This document shows, in pieces, positions 38,041-50,666 of a DNA stretch of 64,000 bases. Both the position numbers and the translations under genes were made by a program. Source of the stretch: Deltaproteobacteria bacterium (lineage in GTDB: Bacteria; Myxococcota; Kuafuiibacteriia; Kuafuiibacteriales; Kuafuiibacteriaceae); contig JAVJQW010000018.1 of assembly GCA_040218735.1 (NCBI GenBank), forward strand, positions 160,001 to 224,000, written 5' to 3'. The notes under the pieces were generated by a model that was not told where the DNA came from, made no database searches, and saw only the letters and a program-made list of their open reading frames with translations. Within the stretch, counting starts at the first letter, position 1, and the number at the start of each line of letters is the position of its first letter.

Positions 38041-38796
38041 TCAGCGGGCTCCGCCGTCGACGCCGATGTGCTGTCCCGTGACATAACCGCCGTTTTCGCT
38101 GGCGAGGTGCACGACGAGTGACGCGACTTCCTCGGCGCGGCCGGCGCGCCGCGACGGGACCATCGCGAGTGCGCGCTTCTGGATCTCCTCCGGGAGCCGC
38201 AGGAACGCGCCGGCCTCGATGAAACCGGGGCTCACCACGTTCGCGGTGATCCCGTAGCGCGCGTATTCCTGCGCGAGTGTCTTGGCGAACCCGGTGAGCG
38301 CGGACTTCACTGTGGCGTACGCGACGCGTCCGGCTTCGCCGCGCTGCGCGAGGGAGCCGATGAAGATGACGCGCCCGAAGCCTTCGTCGATCATGTGCGG
38401 CAGGCACGCGCGCGTGACGACGAACTGTCCGGTCAGGTTCGTGGCGACGTCTTCGCGCCACGCGGCGACCTCGAGCTCGTGGGTCTTCTTCGGGGGGCGC
38501 CCGGATCGGAACGCGTTGTTCACGAGGACGCCGATCGGTCCGAGTGTCTCGCCGACCTCGCGGACGATGGCGTCGAGCCGCGCGTCGTCGTCGACGTCGC
38601 CGGCGTACGCCGCGGCCTGGGGCGCGACGGCGCGCAGTCGTTCCAGCGCTGCGTCGGCGCTCGCGGTGTCGTTGCGGTAGAGCACGACCGGAACGTGCCC
38701 CGCGGCCCCGAGGGCTTCGGCGATCGCGAGCCCCAGCCCGCGTGTTCCCCCCGTGATCAACGCGACGCGTCCCACGGCTCTCACACGCACGCGCAT
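38041..38796 (-). CDS. SDR oxidoreductase (FabG-like)
   Basis: TGGTRGLG, LVNNA, YATVK, NVVSPGFI. Start is ATG 38796 or GTG 38775. Confidence 0.9.
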   Translation of the reverse strand: MRVRVRAVGRVALITGGTRGLGLAIAEALGAAGHVPVVLYRNDTASADAALERLRAVAPQAAAYAGDVDDDARLDAIVREVGETLGPIGVLVNNAFRSGRPPKKTHELEVAAWREDVATNLTGQFVVTRACLPHMIDEGFGRVIFIGSLAQRGEAGRVAYATVKSALTGFAKTLAQEYARYGITANVVSPGFIEAGAFLRLPEEIQKRALAMVPSRRAGRAEEVASLVVHLASENGGYVTGQHIGVDGGAR

Positions 38797-38861
38797 CGAA
38801 GGATGAGTCAACCCCGCCTGCGCAAATGGCTCGGGGAGAGGGTGCGTGTTATGCGTCGGCC

Positions 38862-40220
38862 ATGCGGCGAGCCGCGGTCTTGTTGTGGGTCCTGTTGGGC
38901 GGGTGCGGGGGCTGCGCGCTGATCGATCAGCTCGGCCCCGACGCTTCGGGGACGGCGTCGAAGGAGGCGGAGTGCCAACCCCAGGCGCTCACGACGCGTC
39001 CTTCATTGGTCGGCGCCGAGGAGGCGGTGCGCGCCGCGATCGAAGCGGGCGCGAAGCAGCACATCGTCGTCGTGCGCTACGTGCAAGACGGGTGCGGCGT
39101 GAACCTCGAGGTCCTCGAGGACTGTCGAGCGCCGGGGCGTTACGCGTACCAGGCGGAGGCGGCGCAGAATTCGGTCGTCGTCGAGGCCGCGACCCGCGCC
39201 GAGCACCTCCCGCTCGCGGAGTCCAAGTGGACACGAGGAGCGGTGCGCATCGACGTCAGGAAGGTCGCGCGCCTCAACGCACCGGACGCCACACGTTTGG
39301 ATCGGGGTGGCCTGATCGGGAGCTGCGACGACGCGACGCACGTCGCGATGCAGATCGACGTCGGTGGGTACGGGCTGCGCGCGGGTGCCGCTGCGGCCCT
39401 TCAATCCGGAGACAGCGCCTTCACGCCCGACGCCCCGGATCGCGTCGGAGACCCGAACGACTGCGGCGTCGCGGATCGCCGCAAACGTGTCACCGACGGA
39501 TGCAACCGCGCGCTCGCCCTGGATCTCGTGCCCGTCACGAACGAAGAGGTCGAGCTTGGGCCGGTGGAGATCGCGGCCGGCAAGTATCGGCTCGGCAAGT
39601 CCTCGATCGACCTCGCGGCCTACGCGATCGATCGCCGCGAGGTCACCGCGGCCGCGTATGCAGGTTGTGTTGCGGCCGGAGCGTGCACCGCCGCCGAGAC
39701 GGAGGAGCGCTGCACGTCGGGCGTCGTTGGTAAGGAGCGGCACCCGATCAACTGCGTGACGGCGAAGCAAGCCGAGGCGTACTGCGCGTACAAGAAGCAG
39801 CGCCTCCCCACGGAGGCCGAGTGGGAGCGCGCCGCGCGCGGTCCGGACGACGGCGCCTACGCCTGGGGCAGCGCGTGGCCGCCGCCCGAGGGCGCCGCCA
39901 ACCTCGCCGACGCCACGACCAAAGCGCGCGCGTCACACTGGGAGCGCATCGACGGCTACGTCGACGGCTTCCCGGAGACGGCGCCCGTGAGCGCGCTCGT
40001 TCAGTACCCCTCCGCCTCCGGCGTCACCGGCGCCGCGGGCAACGTCATGGAGTGGACCGCGGACTGGGCGGACCGCAGAAAAACCGCGCGCGTCGTGAAG
40101 GGCGCTTCGTTCGGCCACGCAGATCGCGAAGCAGCCCGCGTGACGACGAGCCGCGCCTACGATCCGGAGCGCGCGAGCGCGCACATCGGCTTCAGGTGCG
40201 CGCGCGAAACGCAGCCCTAG
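38862..40220 (+). CDS. Lipoprotein with Cys-rich N-domain and C-terminal FGE-sulfatase domain
   Basis: LLGGC lipobox; [39 protein letters not shown]. Confidence 0.88.
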   Translation: MRRAAVLLWVLLGGCGGCALIDQLGPDASGTASKEAECQPQALTTRPSLVGAEEAVRAAIEAGAKQHIVVVRYVQDGCGVNLEVLEDCRAPGRYAYQAEAAQNSVVVEAATRAEHLPLAESKWTRGAVRIDVRKVARLNAPDATRLDRGGLIGSCDDATHVAMQIDVGGYGLRAGAAAALQSGDSAFTPDAPDRVGDPNDCGVADRRKRVTDGCNRALALDLVPVTNEEVELGPVEIAAGKYRLGKSSIDLAAYAIDRREVTAAAYAGCVAAGACTAAETEERCTSGVVGKERHPINCVTAKQAEAYCAYKKQRLPTEAEWERAARGPDDGAYAWGSAWPPPEGAANLADATTKARASHWERIDGYVDGFPETAPVSALVQYPSASGVTGAAGNVMEWTADWADRRKTARVVKGASFGHADREAARVTTSRAYDPERASAHIGFRCARETQP

Positions 40221-41758
40221 AACGTCGTCTGGTTCGGGCCCGCGTACGCGAAGTCGATCGTGTAGTCGCCGTCGTTCGCGTAGCCGGTGATGCGGAGCTT
40301 CGCCGCGCTGCCGTCTGCGGTGCGCACCACGAAGCTCGTGTCGCGCGGCACGGTGCTCGACGAGGTGCCGTCGAACTCCCACCAGCCGGACAGGACGTCG
40401 TTGCCGGAGAACATGCCGCCGTCCGGGTCCGCGATGTCCGCGTCGGCCGCGTAGCCGTCCGCCGGGACGTCGGCGATCACGTCGAGCGCCATGGCGGACT
40501 CGACCGCGCCGCCTTCGCCCGCGCCGCTGGTGCCGGAGTTGGTGCGGATCTTCGTCTTCGAGAACGCGAGGTCCCAGTGGCTCTCCATCGCGGGGTCCGT
40601 GACCTCGACCGCCGCGCCGAGGCGGAGGCTCCAGTAGACCCAGTCCGACGTGGCGTCGACCTCGATCGTGTACGTCTCGACGCGCCGGTCCACCGGATCG
40701 AGCTTGAGCTGGTATGTCTTGTTCGGCTCGTCGTACGCGAAGATGCGCAGCTTGCCGTAGTCACCGTTGGCGCCGCGCACGAGGAACACGACGTCCTTCG
40801 GTTCGGCGGTGTGGCCGGCCATGTCGTAATCGAACCAGTCCGTCAGCACCGGGTTGCCGTCGAAGTCGAACATCGCGCCGGGCGGCCCGGGGTAGGGGAA
40901 CGTTTCGTCCTGCGCGAAGCCGACGGTCGGCGCGGTGGTGATCGCCTCGTAGTTGTCCGTGTCCGCGAGCATCGCGCCGCCGCTGCCGGGGCGGTCGAAG
41001 TTTCCGTTCGTCGTCCAACCGACGAGGCGCGCGGAGAGGTCCCAGTCCGTCGACATCGTCTCGTCGTCCACGGCGACCACGCCGTTCGCGATGGACAGGT
41101 ACACACGCTCGCGATCCCACGACGCGAGGAACACGCCCTCGGGGAGCTGCCCGCCGAGCTGCTTGAACCGCATCTGCACTTTCCCGGACTCGCCGTTTTC
41201 GTCGTAGTACTCGAGGAACGACAGGAGGAAGAAGTTGTCGTCGCCCGACTTCACGACGAACAGCTCGCCGCTGTTCGAGAGGGTGTGCTCCTCCGGGTTG
41301 TATGCCCACGGCCCGGTCTCGGAGGACGGGCCCACGTGGATCGCGTCGTCGTCGATCTCTCCGTCGTCGTCGCCGTCCGCGAGATCTTCCAGGTAGCCGT
41401 CGCGCGGCGCGTCGGTGACTGCGTCGAATGCGACTTCTCCGAGGCGCGCGACCTCGACGCCTGCGCTCCCGTTGATCCCGCCGTTGGTGATCGCGCGGAA
41501 GCGACGGAACGCGAGGTCCCACTCGGGGGCCGTCGACTCGACCTCCTTCGCGGTCTCGAGGTCCATGTAGACCCACTCCATCTCGTCGGAGGCGTCGATC
41601 GTCGCGGTCGACGTGTCGTCACCGTTGTCGACCACCGCGATCAGGCTGTCGACCGGCGGCGTGATGACGTCGTCGTCGTCGTCCGACTGCATGAGGTCCC
41701 CGGAGCACGCGAGCAGCGCGAAGGGGAGGGTGGCGCCGAGTAGGGTGTGCAGCTTCAT
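40217..41758 (-). CDS. hmuY: HmuY-family heme-binding lipoprotein with three tandem HmuY domains
   Basis: ALLAC lipobox; three WDL[AS] motifs, each followed by TN[GS]G/TNGN; directly downstream of a TonB-dependent receptor. Confidence 0.85.
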   Translation of the reverse strand: MKLHTLLGATLPFALLACSGDLMQSDDDDDVITPPVDSLIAVVDNGDDTSTATIDASDEMEWVYMDLETAKEVESTAPEWDLAFRRFRAITNGGINGSAGVEVARLGEVAFDAVTDAPRDGYLEDLADGDDDGEIDDDAIHVGPSSETGPWAYNPEEHTLSNSGELFVVKSGDDNFFLLSFLEYYDENGESGKVQMRFKQLGGQLPEGVFLASWDRERVYLSIANGVVAVDDETMSTDWDLSARLVGWTTNGNFDRPGSGGAMLADTDNYEAITTAPTVGFAQDETFPYPGPPGAMFDFDGNPVLTDWFDYDMAGHTAEPKDVVFLVRGANGDYGKLRIFAYDEPNKTYQLKLDPVDRRVETYTIEVDATSDWVYWSLRLGAAVEVTDPAMESHWDLAFSKTKIRTNSGTSGAGEGGAVESAMALDVIADVPADGYAADADIADPDGGMFSGNDVLSGWWEFDGTSSSTVPRDTSFVVRTADGSAAKLRITGYANDGDYTIDFAYAGPNQTTF

Positions 41759-41785
41759 GGTGAGTCTCCTTTCATACTACGGCAT

Positions 41786-43882
41786 TCACCGCGTGGGTTT
41801 GTCGTCCTTGGACACGTCGAACCGGCCCGCGATCCCCGCGTAGAAGGTCCGAGGTTGCAGCGGGTTGATGTTGTGCTCTCCCGCGTCGAGGAGGTTCTCG
41901 ACACCGATGAAAGCCTCCGCGTGGCCGAAGAGGTCCTGCGACAGGCGGAGATCGACGAGCGCGAAGGTGCCCCGGACGTCGTCCTCGCCGTCGAAGTCGA
42001 AGTCCACGAACAGCTCCGCGGGCCCCTCGACCGCGGTGCGGACGACCAGGCGGGTGCCCCAGTCCGGCACCTGCCCGGTCACCCGGAGCGTCGCGCGGAC
42101 GTTGGGGCGCGCCGGGAGCTCCTGCCGAACACGCATGTCCATCTGGTCGCCCTCGGGTTCGTCGCCGAAGAGACCGCTGGTCTGGAGGAGGTCGAGCGAT
42201 AGGTTCGCTTGAATATATTCTTCCAGCCTCCAGCCCACGCCGAGGGAGGCGCCCATCGTGCGGGCGTCTGCGACGTTCTCGTAGCAGAACAACGTGAGCG
42301 GGAGCGCCGGACCGGTGCGGCACGGCGCCATGTCGCGCGGCGAGTAACCGACGGTCGCGATCAGGTCGTCCACGAGGTTGAAGAACCCCGCCGCGGTGAA
42401 CACGAAGTCGTCGTAGGTATAGCTGACGTCCGCGTTGACGCCTTGGGAGACCTCTGGCCTCAGCTCCTCGTTGCCGTACACCACGTAGCCGCTCCCGGGG
42501 TTGGTGAAACGAAGGTAGAGGTTCTCGAACGTCGGCGCCCTGAAGCCCCAACCGTAGCTCGCGCGTAGCACCAGCTCCCGGAACGGATCGAAGCGCACCG
42601 CGAACCGCGGGCTGGGCCGGCCGCCGAACTGAGAGTCGTGGTCGTAGCGAAGGCTCGGGATGACGACGAGCCGCATCGTGTCTTCGAGGATCGTCCACTC
42701 GTCCTGCGCGAAGATCGAGCCGCGTCGCCGTGCGCGGCGGCTTTCGAGGAACGCGACGTCCTGGTCTTCGTGCAGCCCCTCCACCCCGACGGAGACGAAG
42801 TGTTCCGCCCCGAAGAGCCGGTCGTACTGCACGGTCGCCTGGTTGGAGGACTGGCGGTTGTCCTCGAAGCTGTCGAGCTCGTCGCTGCCGATGTGGTCGA
42901 AGTCGATCTGCTGCCGGTAGCGCGAGTGGACCACCGAGACGCGCAGCTTCGACGCGTCCTCGAGCTCGATCACCGGGCCGCCCGAGATCGTCATGCGCTC
43001 GATGCGTTCGTTGCGATCCAGGATCGCGCGGCCGCCGTTCGCGGCGTTCACGCCGGTGAGGTCGGTGGTGCGGTAGCGAAAGCGGAGGCCCGCGCGGGTG
43101 TCTTCGTCCGCCTCGTAGTCGGCGCGCGCGGCGACGTTCCAGCTGGCGAACGCGTCGCCGGTCGTCGGGTCGCCGTTTCGTGTGCCGTCGCCCGGGGAGA
43201 GGTCGAACGCGTCGCCGCGGTGAAAGCCGCCGCTCACGTTGAGCGCGAGCTTGCCGGTGCGGACGCCGGTGTTGCCGATCAGATCGAGGGTGTTGCGCGC
43301 TCCGTAGGTCGCGCGCGCGCTGGCGGACAGCGGCTGCTTCGGCAGACGTGTGATGATGTTGACGACGCCGCCCATCGCGTCCGAGCCGTATAGCGCCGAC
43401 GCCGCGCCCCGGATGATCTCGACGCGCTCGACGTTCTCGAGGTCGAACTGACCCGCGTCGAACTGATCACGCGTTCGCCCCGCGACGCGCTCGCTGTCGA
43501 CGAGCATCAACGTGTGCTCCGGGTTGAGCCCCTGCAGCTGGATGCCGGTGTTGTTGGCGCGGCGCTCGAGCTGCACCCCGGGCATCGTCTCCAACACCCC
43601 CTTCAGGTCCGGCGCGCCCGTTTGCATGACCGTCGCCTGGTCGATGACGTCCGTCGCCACCGGCGCGTCCTTCAACAGCTTCTCGGTGCGCGAGCCCGTC
43701 ACGACGATCTGCTCGATGACGTCGTCGACCTCCGCCTCCACCGACTTCGCCGGCGGGTCCTCGAAGTCGTCGACGAGGCTCAGGTCCACCGCCGTCGACG
43801 TAGACGACGTACCCACCTCGGCCCACGCCGTCGCGGATACGGTCAGGGTCGCGAACACGATGAAATTGCGAATCAATCTCAA
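41786..43882 (-). CDS. TonB-dependent receptor (HmuR-like, probable heme/iron uptake)
   Basis: TonB box IVVTGSRTE, plug ERVEIIRGAASALYGSDAMGGVVNIIT, GFRAPTF, ENLLD. Start is probably TTG 43882 or 43876. Confidence 0.9.
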   Translation of the reverse strand: MRLIRNFIVFATLTVSATAWAEVGTSSTSTAVDLSLVDDFEDPPAKSVEAEVDDVIEQIVVTGSRTEKLLKDAPVATDVIDQATVMQTGAPDLKGVLETMPGVQLERRANNTGIQLQGLNPEHTLMLVDSERVAGRTRDQFDAGQFDLENVERVEIIRGAASALYGSDAMGGVVNIITRLPKQPLSASARATYGARNTLDLIGNTGVRTGKLALNVSGGFHRGDAFDLSPGDGTRNGDPTTGDAFASWNVAARADYEADEDTRAGLRFRYRTTDLTGVNAANGGRAILDRNERIERMTISGGPVIELEDASKLRVSVVHSRYRQQIDFDHIGSDELDSFEDNRQSSNQATVQYDRLFGAEHFVSVGVEGLHEDQDVAFLESRRARRRGSIFAQDEWTILEDTMRLVVIPSLRYDHDSQFGGRPSPRFAVRFDPFRELVLRASYGWGFRAPTFENLYLRFTNPGSGYVVYGNEELRPEVSQGVNADVSYTYDDFVFTAAGFFNLVDDLIATVGYSPRDMAPCRTGPALPLTLFCYENVADARTMGASLGVGWRLEEYIQANLSLDLLQTSGLFGDEPEGDQMDMRVRQELPARPNVRATLRVTGQVPDWGTRLVVRTAVEGPAELFVDFDFDGEDDVRGTFALVDLRLSQDLFGHAEAFIGVENLLDAGEHNINPLQPRTFYAGIAGRFDVSKDDKPTR
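43866..43882. promoter_or_regulatory. Fur-box-like palindrome
   Basis: TTGAGATT-G-ATTCGCAA (minus strand) is an imperfect inverted repeat resembling TGAGAAT-N-ATTCTCA. It is an AT-rich island at the 5' end of the receptor, with a TTGACT -35 candidate at 43921-43916. Confidence 0.7.
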
Positions 43883-43933
43883 CGCCCCTGGAAGATCGCC
43901 GTCCGGATCGAGCCGAGTCAAGCCGCGCCGAGT

Positions 43934-44647
43934 CTAATCCAGCCTGTACTTCACGGGGATGGCGATCTGCCGGGTCTGGCCGCGATAACCGCCCGGGAGG
44001 GGCGGGAAGGGGGCCGCGGCGCGGACGGCCCGCAGCGCGTCCTCGTCCAGGATCGTGTGCCCCGACGAGGTGTGGACCCGCGGCGGCTCGGCGAGGGCAC
44101 CGTGTTTGTCGATCGTGACCACCACGATGACCCGCCCCTCGAGGCCCAGCTTCCGCGCGGCGCGCGGATAGCGCTTCTGCTGCGTGATCGCCGCGAAGAT
44201 CCCCTGGTTGTACGCCCCGAAGTCCACCGGGGGCGGAGGCGGCGGCGGAGGAGGCGGAGGCGGGGGTGGTGGCGGCGGCGCGGGCCGCGGCTGGGCGATC
44301 GGCGCAGGCGGCGGTGGCGCCTCGTGCGGCGGCGGCGGCGCCGGGTTGTCCGTCTTCTCGGGCTTCGGTCGCTCGCGTTTGGGTTTGGGCTTCGGCTTGG
44401 GCCGCACGACGGGGGGCGGCGGCGGCTCGGGCGGCGGACGCGGCGTCTCCTCGGGGGGCTCTCGCGTCTCGACCGGCGCAAACGCGACCTTCACGACCTG
44501 CGTGCGGAGCGGCCGCTCGCGTTCGGGGCGCGACATCTCGAACGGCGACGCGATCAGCGCGAGGTGCAGCACGACGGCGAACACCACCGGTCCTCCCCAG
44601 CTGATCGGTGCCTGCGACGCCGCGAGATCGTCGGCGGTCGGGATCAC
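43934..44647 (-). CDS. tonB: TonB energy transducer
   Basis: N-terminal TM with His (VVLHLAL), Pro-rich spacer, YPRAARKLGLEG, SSGHTILDEDAL. Confidence 0.92.
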   Translation of the reverse strand: MIPTADDLAASQAPISWGGPVVFAVVLHLALIASPFEMSRPERERPLRTQVVKVAFAPVETREPPEETPRPPPEPPPPPVVRPKPKPKPKRERPKPEKTDNPAPPPPHEAPPPPAPIAQPRPAPPPPPPPPPPPPPPPPPVDFGAYNQGIFAAITQQKRYPRAARKLGLEGRVIVVVTIDKHGALAEPPRVHTSSGHTILDEDALRAVRAAAPFPPLPGGYRGQTRQIAIPVKYRLD

Positions 44648-45039
44648 TTCGAGGCCTCGGTCGCGATCGACACACCTTCGAAGCCGGCGCGGCGCGCGGC
44701 CGAGAGCGTCTGAACCGCGACCTCGAAGTCCACGGTCGCCGCGGCGCGGATGACGATCGCTTCCTTCTCGGCGCGCTGCTCTTGCAACTTGGCTTGCAAG
44801 TCGTCCATCGCGACGATCTGCGCGCCGACGCGCACTGTCCCCTCGGCGTCGATAGTCACCGTCACCGGTTCGGCCGGCGTCTCGTCGGTCGGCGCCGCGT
44901 TGGGGAGGTCGACCTCGATGCCCTGGATCCGCTGAAAGTTGGCGGCGAGCACGATGAAGATGACGAGGATGAAGACGATGTCGATCAGCGCCGACAGGTT
45001 GATCTGCGGTCGCTCGCGTCGCGCGGTCTCGAACTTCAT
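44644..45039 (-). CDS. exbD: ExbD/TolR biopolymer transport protein
   Basis: INLSALIDIVFILVIF, VDLP; coupled to exbB and tonB. Confidence 0.92.
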   Translation of the reverse strand: MKFETARRERPQINLSALIDIVFILVIFIVLAANFQRIQGIEVDLPNAAPTDETPAEPVTVTIDAEGTVRVGAQIVAMDDLQAKLQEQRAEKEAIVIRAAATVDFEVAVQTLSAARRAGFEGVSIATEASK

Positions 45040-45659
45040 CACGCGTCCTCGACCGGGGCCTCCGTGAGCACCCGCTGGATCGCGTTCGCGAGCTGCAGCC
45101 GCAGGTGATCCGTGCGGCTCGTCAGATAGCTGTACCCCGCGAGTGTGGGCACCGCGACGAGGAGCCCGGCGGCGGTCGTGAGGAGCGCCTTCCAGATGCC
45201 GGACGACAGCGTCGACACGTCGACGTTCGCCATCCCCGTCCCCTGCAGACCGAGGAACAGATCCACCATGCCCAGCACGGTGCCGAGGAGGCCGAGCAGC
45301 GGCGCGGCCTGCGCGATGAACGACAGGAGCGCGAGGTTCTTCTCGAGCTGCTGCAGCTCCAGGCTCCCGACGCGACGCCCCTCCGCCTCCGCGCGGTCCG
45401 GGCGGCGGGACAGCGTCGCGAGCATCGCCGCGACGACGCGTGTCCCGGGGTGCGGCGAGCTCTTCAACGCCGTGGCGAGCTGCTCCGACTGGTTGCGTCC
45501 GAGCGCGCCGACGACGGCCTCCAGCCAACCCATGTCCCACAGACGTGCGGCGCGGATCTCCAGCAGCTTCTTAACGAACACCGCGAGCGCTACGACCGAG
45601 CACAGGTAGATCGGGTACATCGACCACCCGCCCTGGGAGAGCAGCTCGAAGAGCGACAT
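45039..45659 (-). CDS. exbB: ExbB/MotA/TolQ proton channel protein
   Basis: GGWSMYPI, APLLGLLGTVLGM, GIWKALLTTAAGLLVAVP. Confidence 0.92.
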   Translation of the reverse strand: MSLFELLSQGGWSMYPIYLCSVVALAVFVKKLLEIRAARLWDMGWLEAVVGALGRNQSEQLATALKSSPHPGTRVVAAMLATLSRRPDRAEAEGRRVGSLELQQLEKNLALLSFIAQAAPLLGLLGTVLGMVDLFLGLQGTGMANVDVSTLSSGIWKALLTTAAGLLVAVPTLAGYSYLTSRTDHLRLQLANAIQRVLTEAPVEDA

Positions 45660-45669
45660 GGCGCGGAGC

Positions 45670-46443
45670 CTAGCGATCGATGTCGTCGTAGTCCATGACG
45701 AGCGGCGCGTGATCCGAGAAGCGTCGGCGCGTGTAGATCGATGCGGTCCGCGCGCGCGACGCGAGATCCGGCGTGGTGATCTGATAGTCGAGTCGCCACC
45801 CGACGTTCTTCGCCCACGCCTGACCGCGGTTCGACCACCACGTGTAACGCTCGGGGTTGTCGTCGACGACGCGGAACGTGTCGACGAACCCAGCGCGCGA
45901 GAACAGCCTGTCGAGCCAAGCACGTTCCTCAGGGAGGAAGCCGGAGTGTTTCTGGTTGCTGCGCCAATTCGTCAGATCGATCGGCTTGTGTGCGAGGTTC
46001 CAGTCTCCGCACACCACGTAGCTGCGACCGTCGCGCCCAAGTTGTCTCAGATGTGTCATGAGCCGCTTCATGAAGCGGAACTTGCGCGGCTGACGCCCAG
46101 GCGTAGAGCCCGACGGCATGTAGAAGGACACTACGGACAAGTCACCGACGTCGATCTGCAGCCATCGTCCCTCGGCGTCGCAGGGCCGGTACCCGATGCC
46201 GCGCACGACGCGGTCCGCGGGGACGCGACTGTAGATCCCCACGCCGCTGTAACCCTTGCGCTCCGCGGGCATGAAGTAGGCGTGGTAGCCGCGCGGTCTG
46301 CGCGCGCGCAGGGGCATCTGTTCGGGGAAGGCGCGGATCTCCTGGAGGCATACGAAGTCCGGGCGCTGCCGGCGCATCCACTCCAGGAAACCTTTGCTCG
46401 CCGCGGAGCGGATCCCGTTCACGTTGAGGGTGAGGACGCGCAA
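45670..46443 (-). CDS. xth: Exodeoxyribonuclease III / AP endonuclease
   Basis: NVNGIRSA, CLQE, GYSGV, GDWN, YTWWSNR, GWRLDY, SDHAP; TTG start 46443. Confidence 0.95.
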   Translation of the reverse strand: MRVLTLNVNGIRSAASKGFLEWMRRQRPDFVCLQEIRAFPEQMPLRARRPRGYHAYFMPAERKGYSGVGIYSRVPADRVVRGIGYRPCDAEGRWLQIDVGDLSVVSFYMPSGSTPGRQPRKFRFMKRLMTHLRQLGRDGRSYVVCGDWNLAHKPIDLTNWRSNQKHSGFLPEERAWLDRLFSRAGFVDTFRVVDDNPERYTWWSNRGQAWAKNVGWRLDYQITTPDLASRARTASIYTRRRFSDHAPLVMDYDDIDR

Positions 46444-46444
46444 T

Positions 46445-47038
46445 TCAGGCGTTCGCGGCGCGGCGCTTCCGGTACACGACGACACCGCGGTACGCGGCCC
46501 AGTACGCCGGCGCGCCCAACACGACGCCGACCAACAGGCTCCCGACCCACAGCTCGGCGCCCATCGCGACGAAGGTGTCGAACGCCGCGCCCCACAGCTC
46601 TGGGCTGGTCAGGCGCTCCCACAACGAGGCGTCGGAGGTGGCGCCGTTCATCATGCGTTCGATCGCCGCCTTGGTTTCGGGGGACCCGGAGAGTGACCCG
46701 GTCATCAGGAACTGACCGATCTTCCAGTTCGAGTAGTAGAGCGGCACCGCCGTCAGCGGGTTCGAAAGCCACACCGGGAGGATGCCGCTGATCTTGTTCG
46801 CGCCGACCATCGCCGCGATGGCGACGTAGATGATCATCTGGAACCCGATCGTCGGTGTCGCGCCCACGAGGAAGCCGAGGAAGACACCGAGCGCGATGCG
46901 GTGCGGGGTGTCGTCCAGCTGCAGGATGCGGTGGACGACGAGGTGCTTCACCTTGGGCCACAGGCCCGGGGGGAGGTCGTCCTCCGGATCGACGACGTTG
47001 GCGCGCGGCTCGGAGTCGTTGACGTGCACGCTGACCAA
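46445..47038 (-). CDS. DUF2062-family membrane protein
   Basis: [13 protein letters not shown]...P..G, WLSNPLT..PLY motifs; RBS GAGGAG upstream. Confidence 0.85.
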   Translation of the reverse strand: MVSVHVNDSEPRANVVDPEDDLPPGLWPKVKHLVVHRILQLDDTPHRIALGVFLGFLVGATPTIGFQMIIYVAIAAMVGANKISGILPVWLSNPLTAVPLYYSNWKIGQFLMTGSLSGSPETKAAIERMMNGATSDASLWERLTSPELWGAAFDTFVAMGAELWVGSLLVGVVLGAPAYWAAYRGVVVYRKRRAANA

Positions 47039-47113
47039 TCAGGCTCCTCGGATCGGATTATCGGCAGGTCCAACGCGCGAGGCGAGCCCTAATCTTCCGA
47101 CGTCGACGGTTCT

Positions 47114-50626
<3,513 letters not shown>

Positions 50627-50666
50627 CTCCCCCGGTTCGCGTCAACGTGAGCCGTTGCCAAGGACC

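Noticed and set aside
33083-40220. Diversity-generating retroelement suggested by two FGE/C-type-lectin-fold genes
   Set aside because: No reverse transcriptase and no template/variable repeat pair differing at adenines is visible in the window.
44229-44430. GGC/GGA microsatellite-like tract
   Set aside because: It encodes the ordinary poly-Pro spacer of TonB.
47057-47065. Perfect sigma28 -10 (GCCGATAAT, minus strand) upstream of the DUF2062-xth-exbBD operon
   Set aside because: No matching -35 at the expected spacing; a lone GC-rich 9-mer is insufficient.
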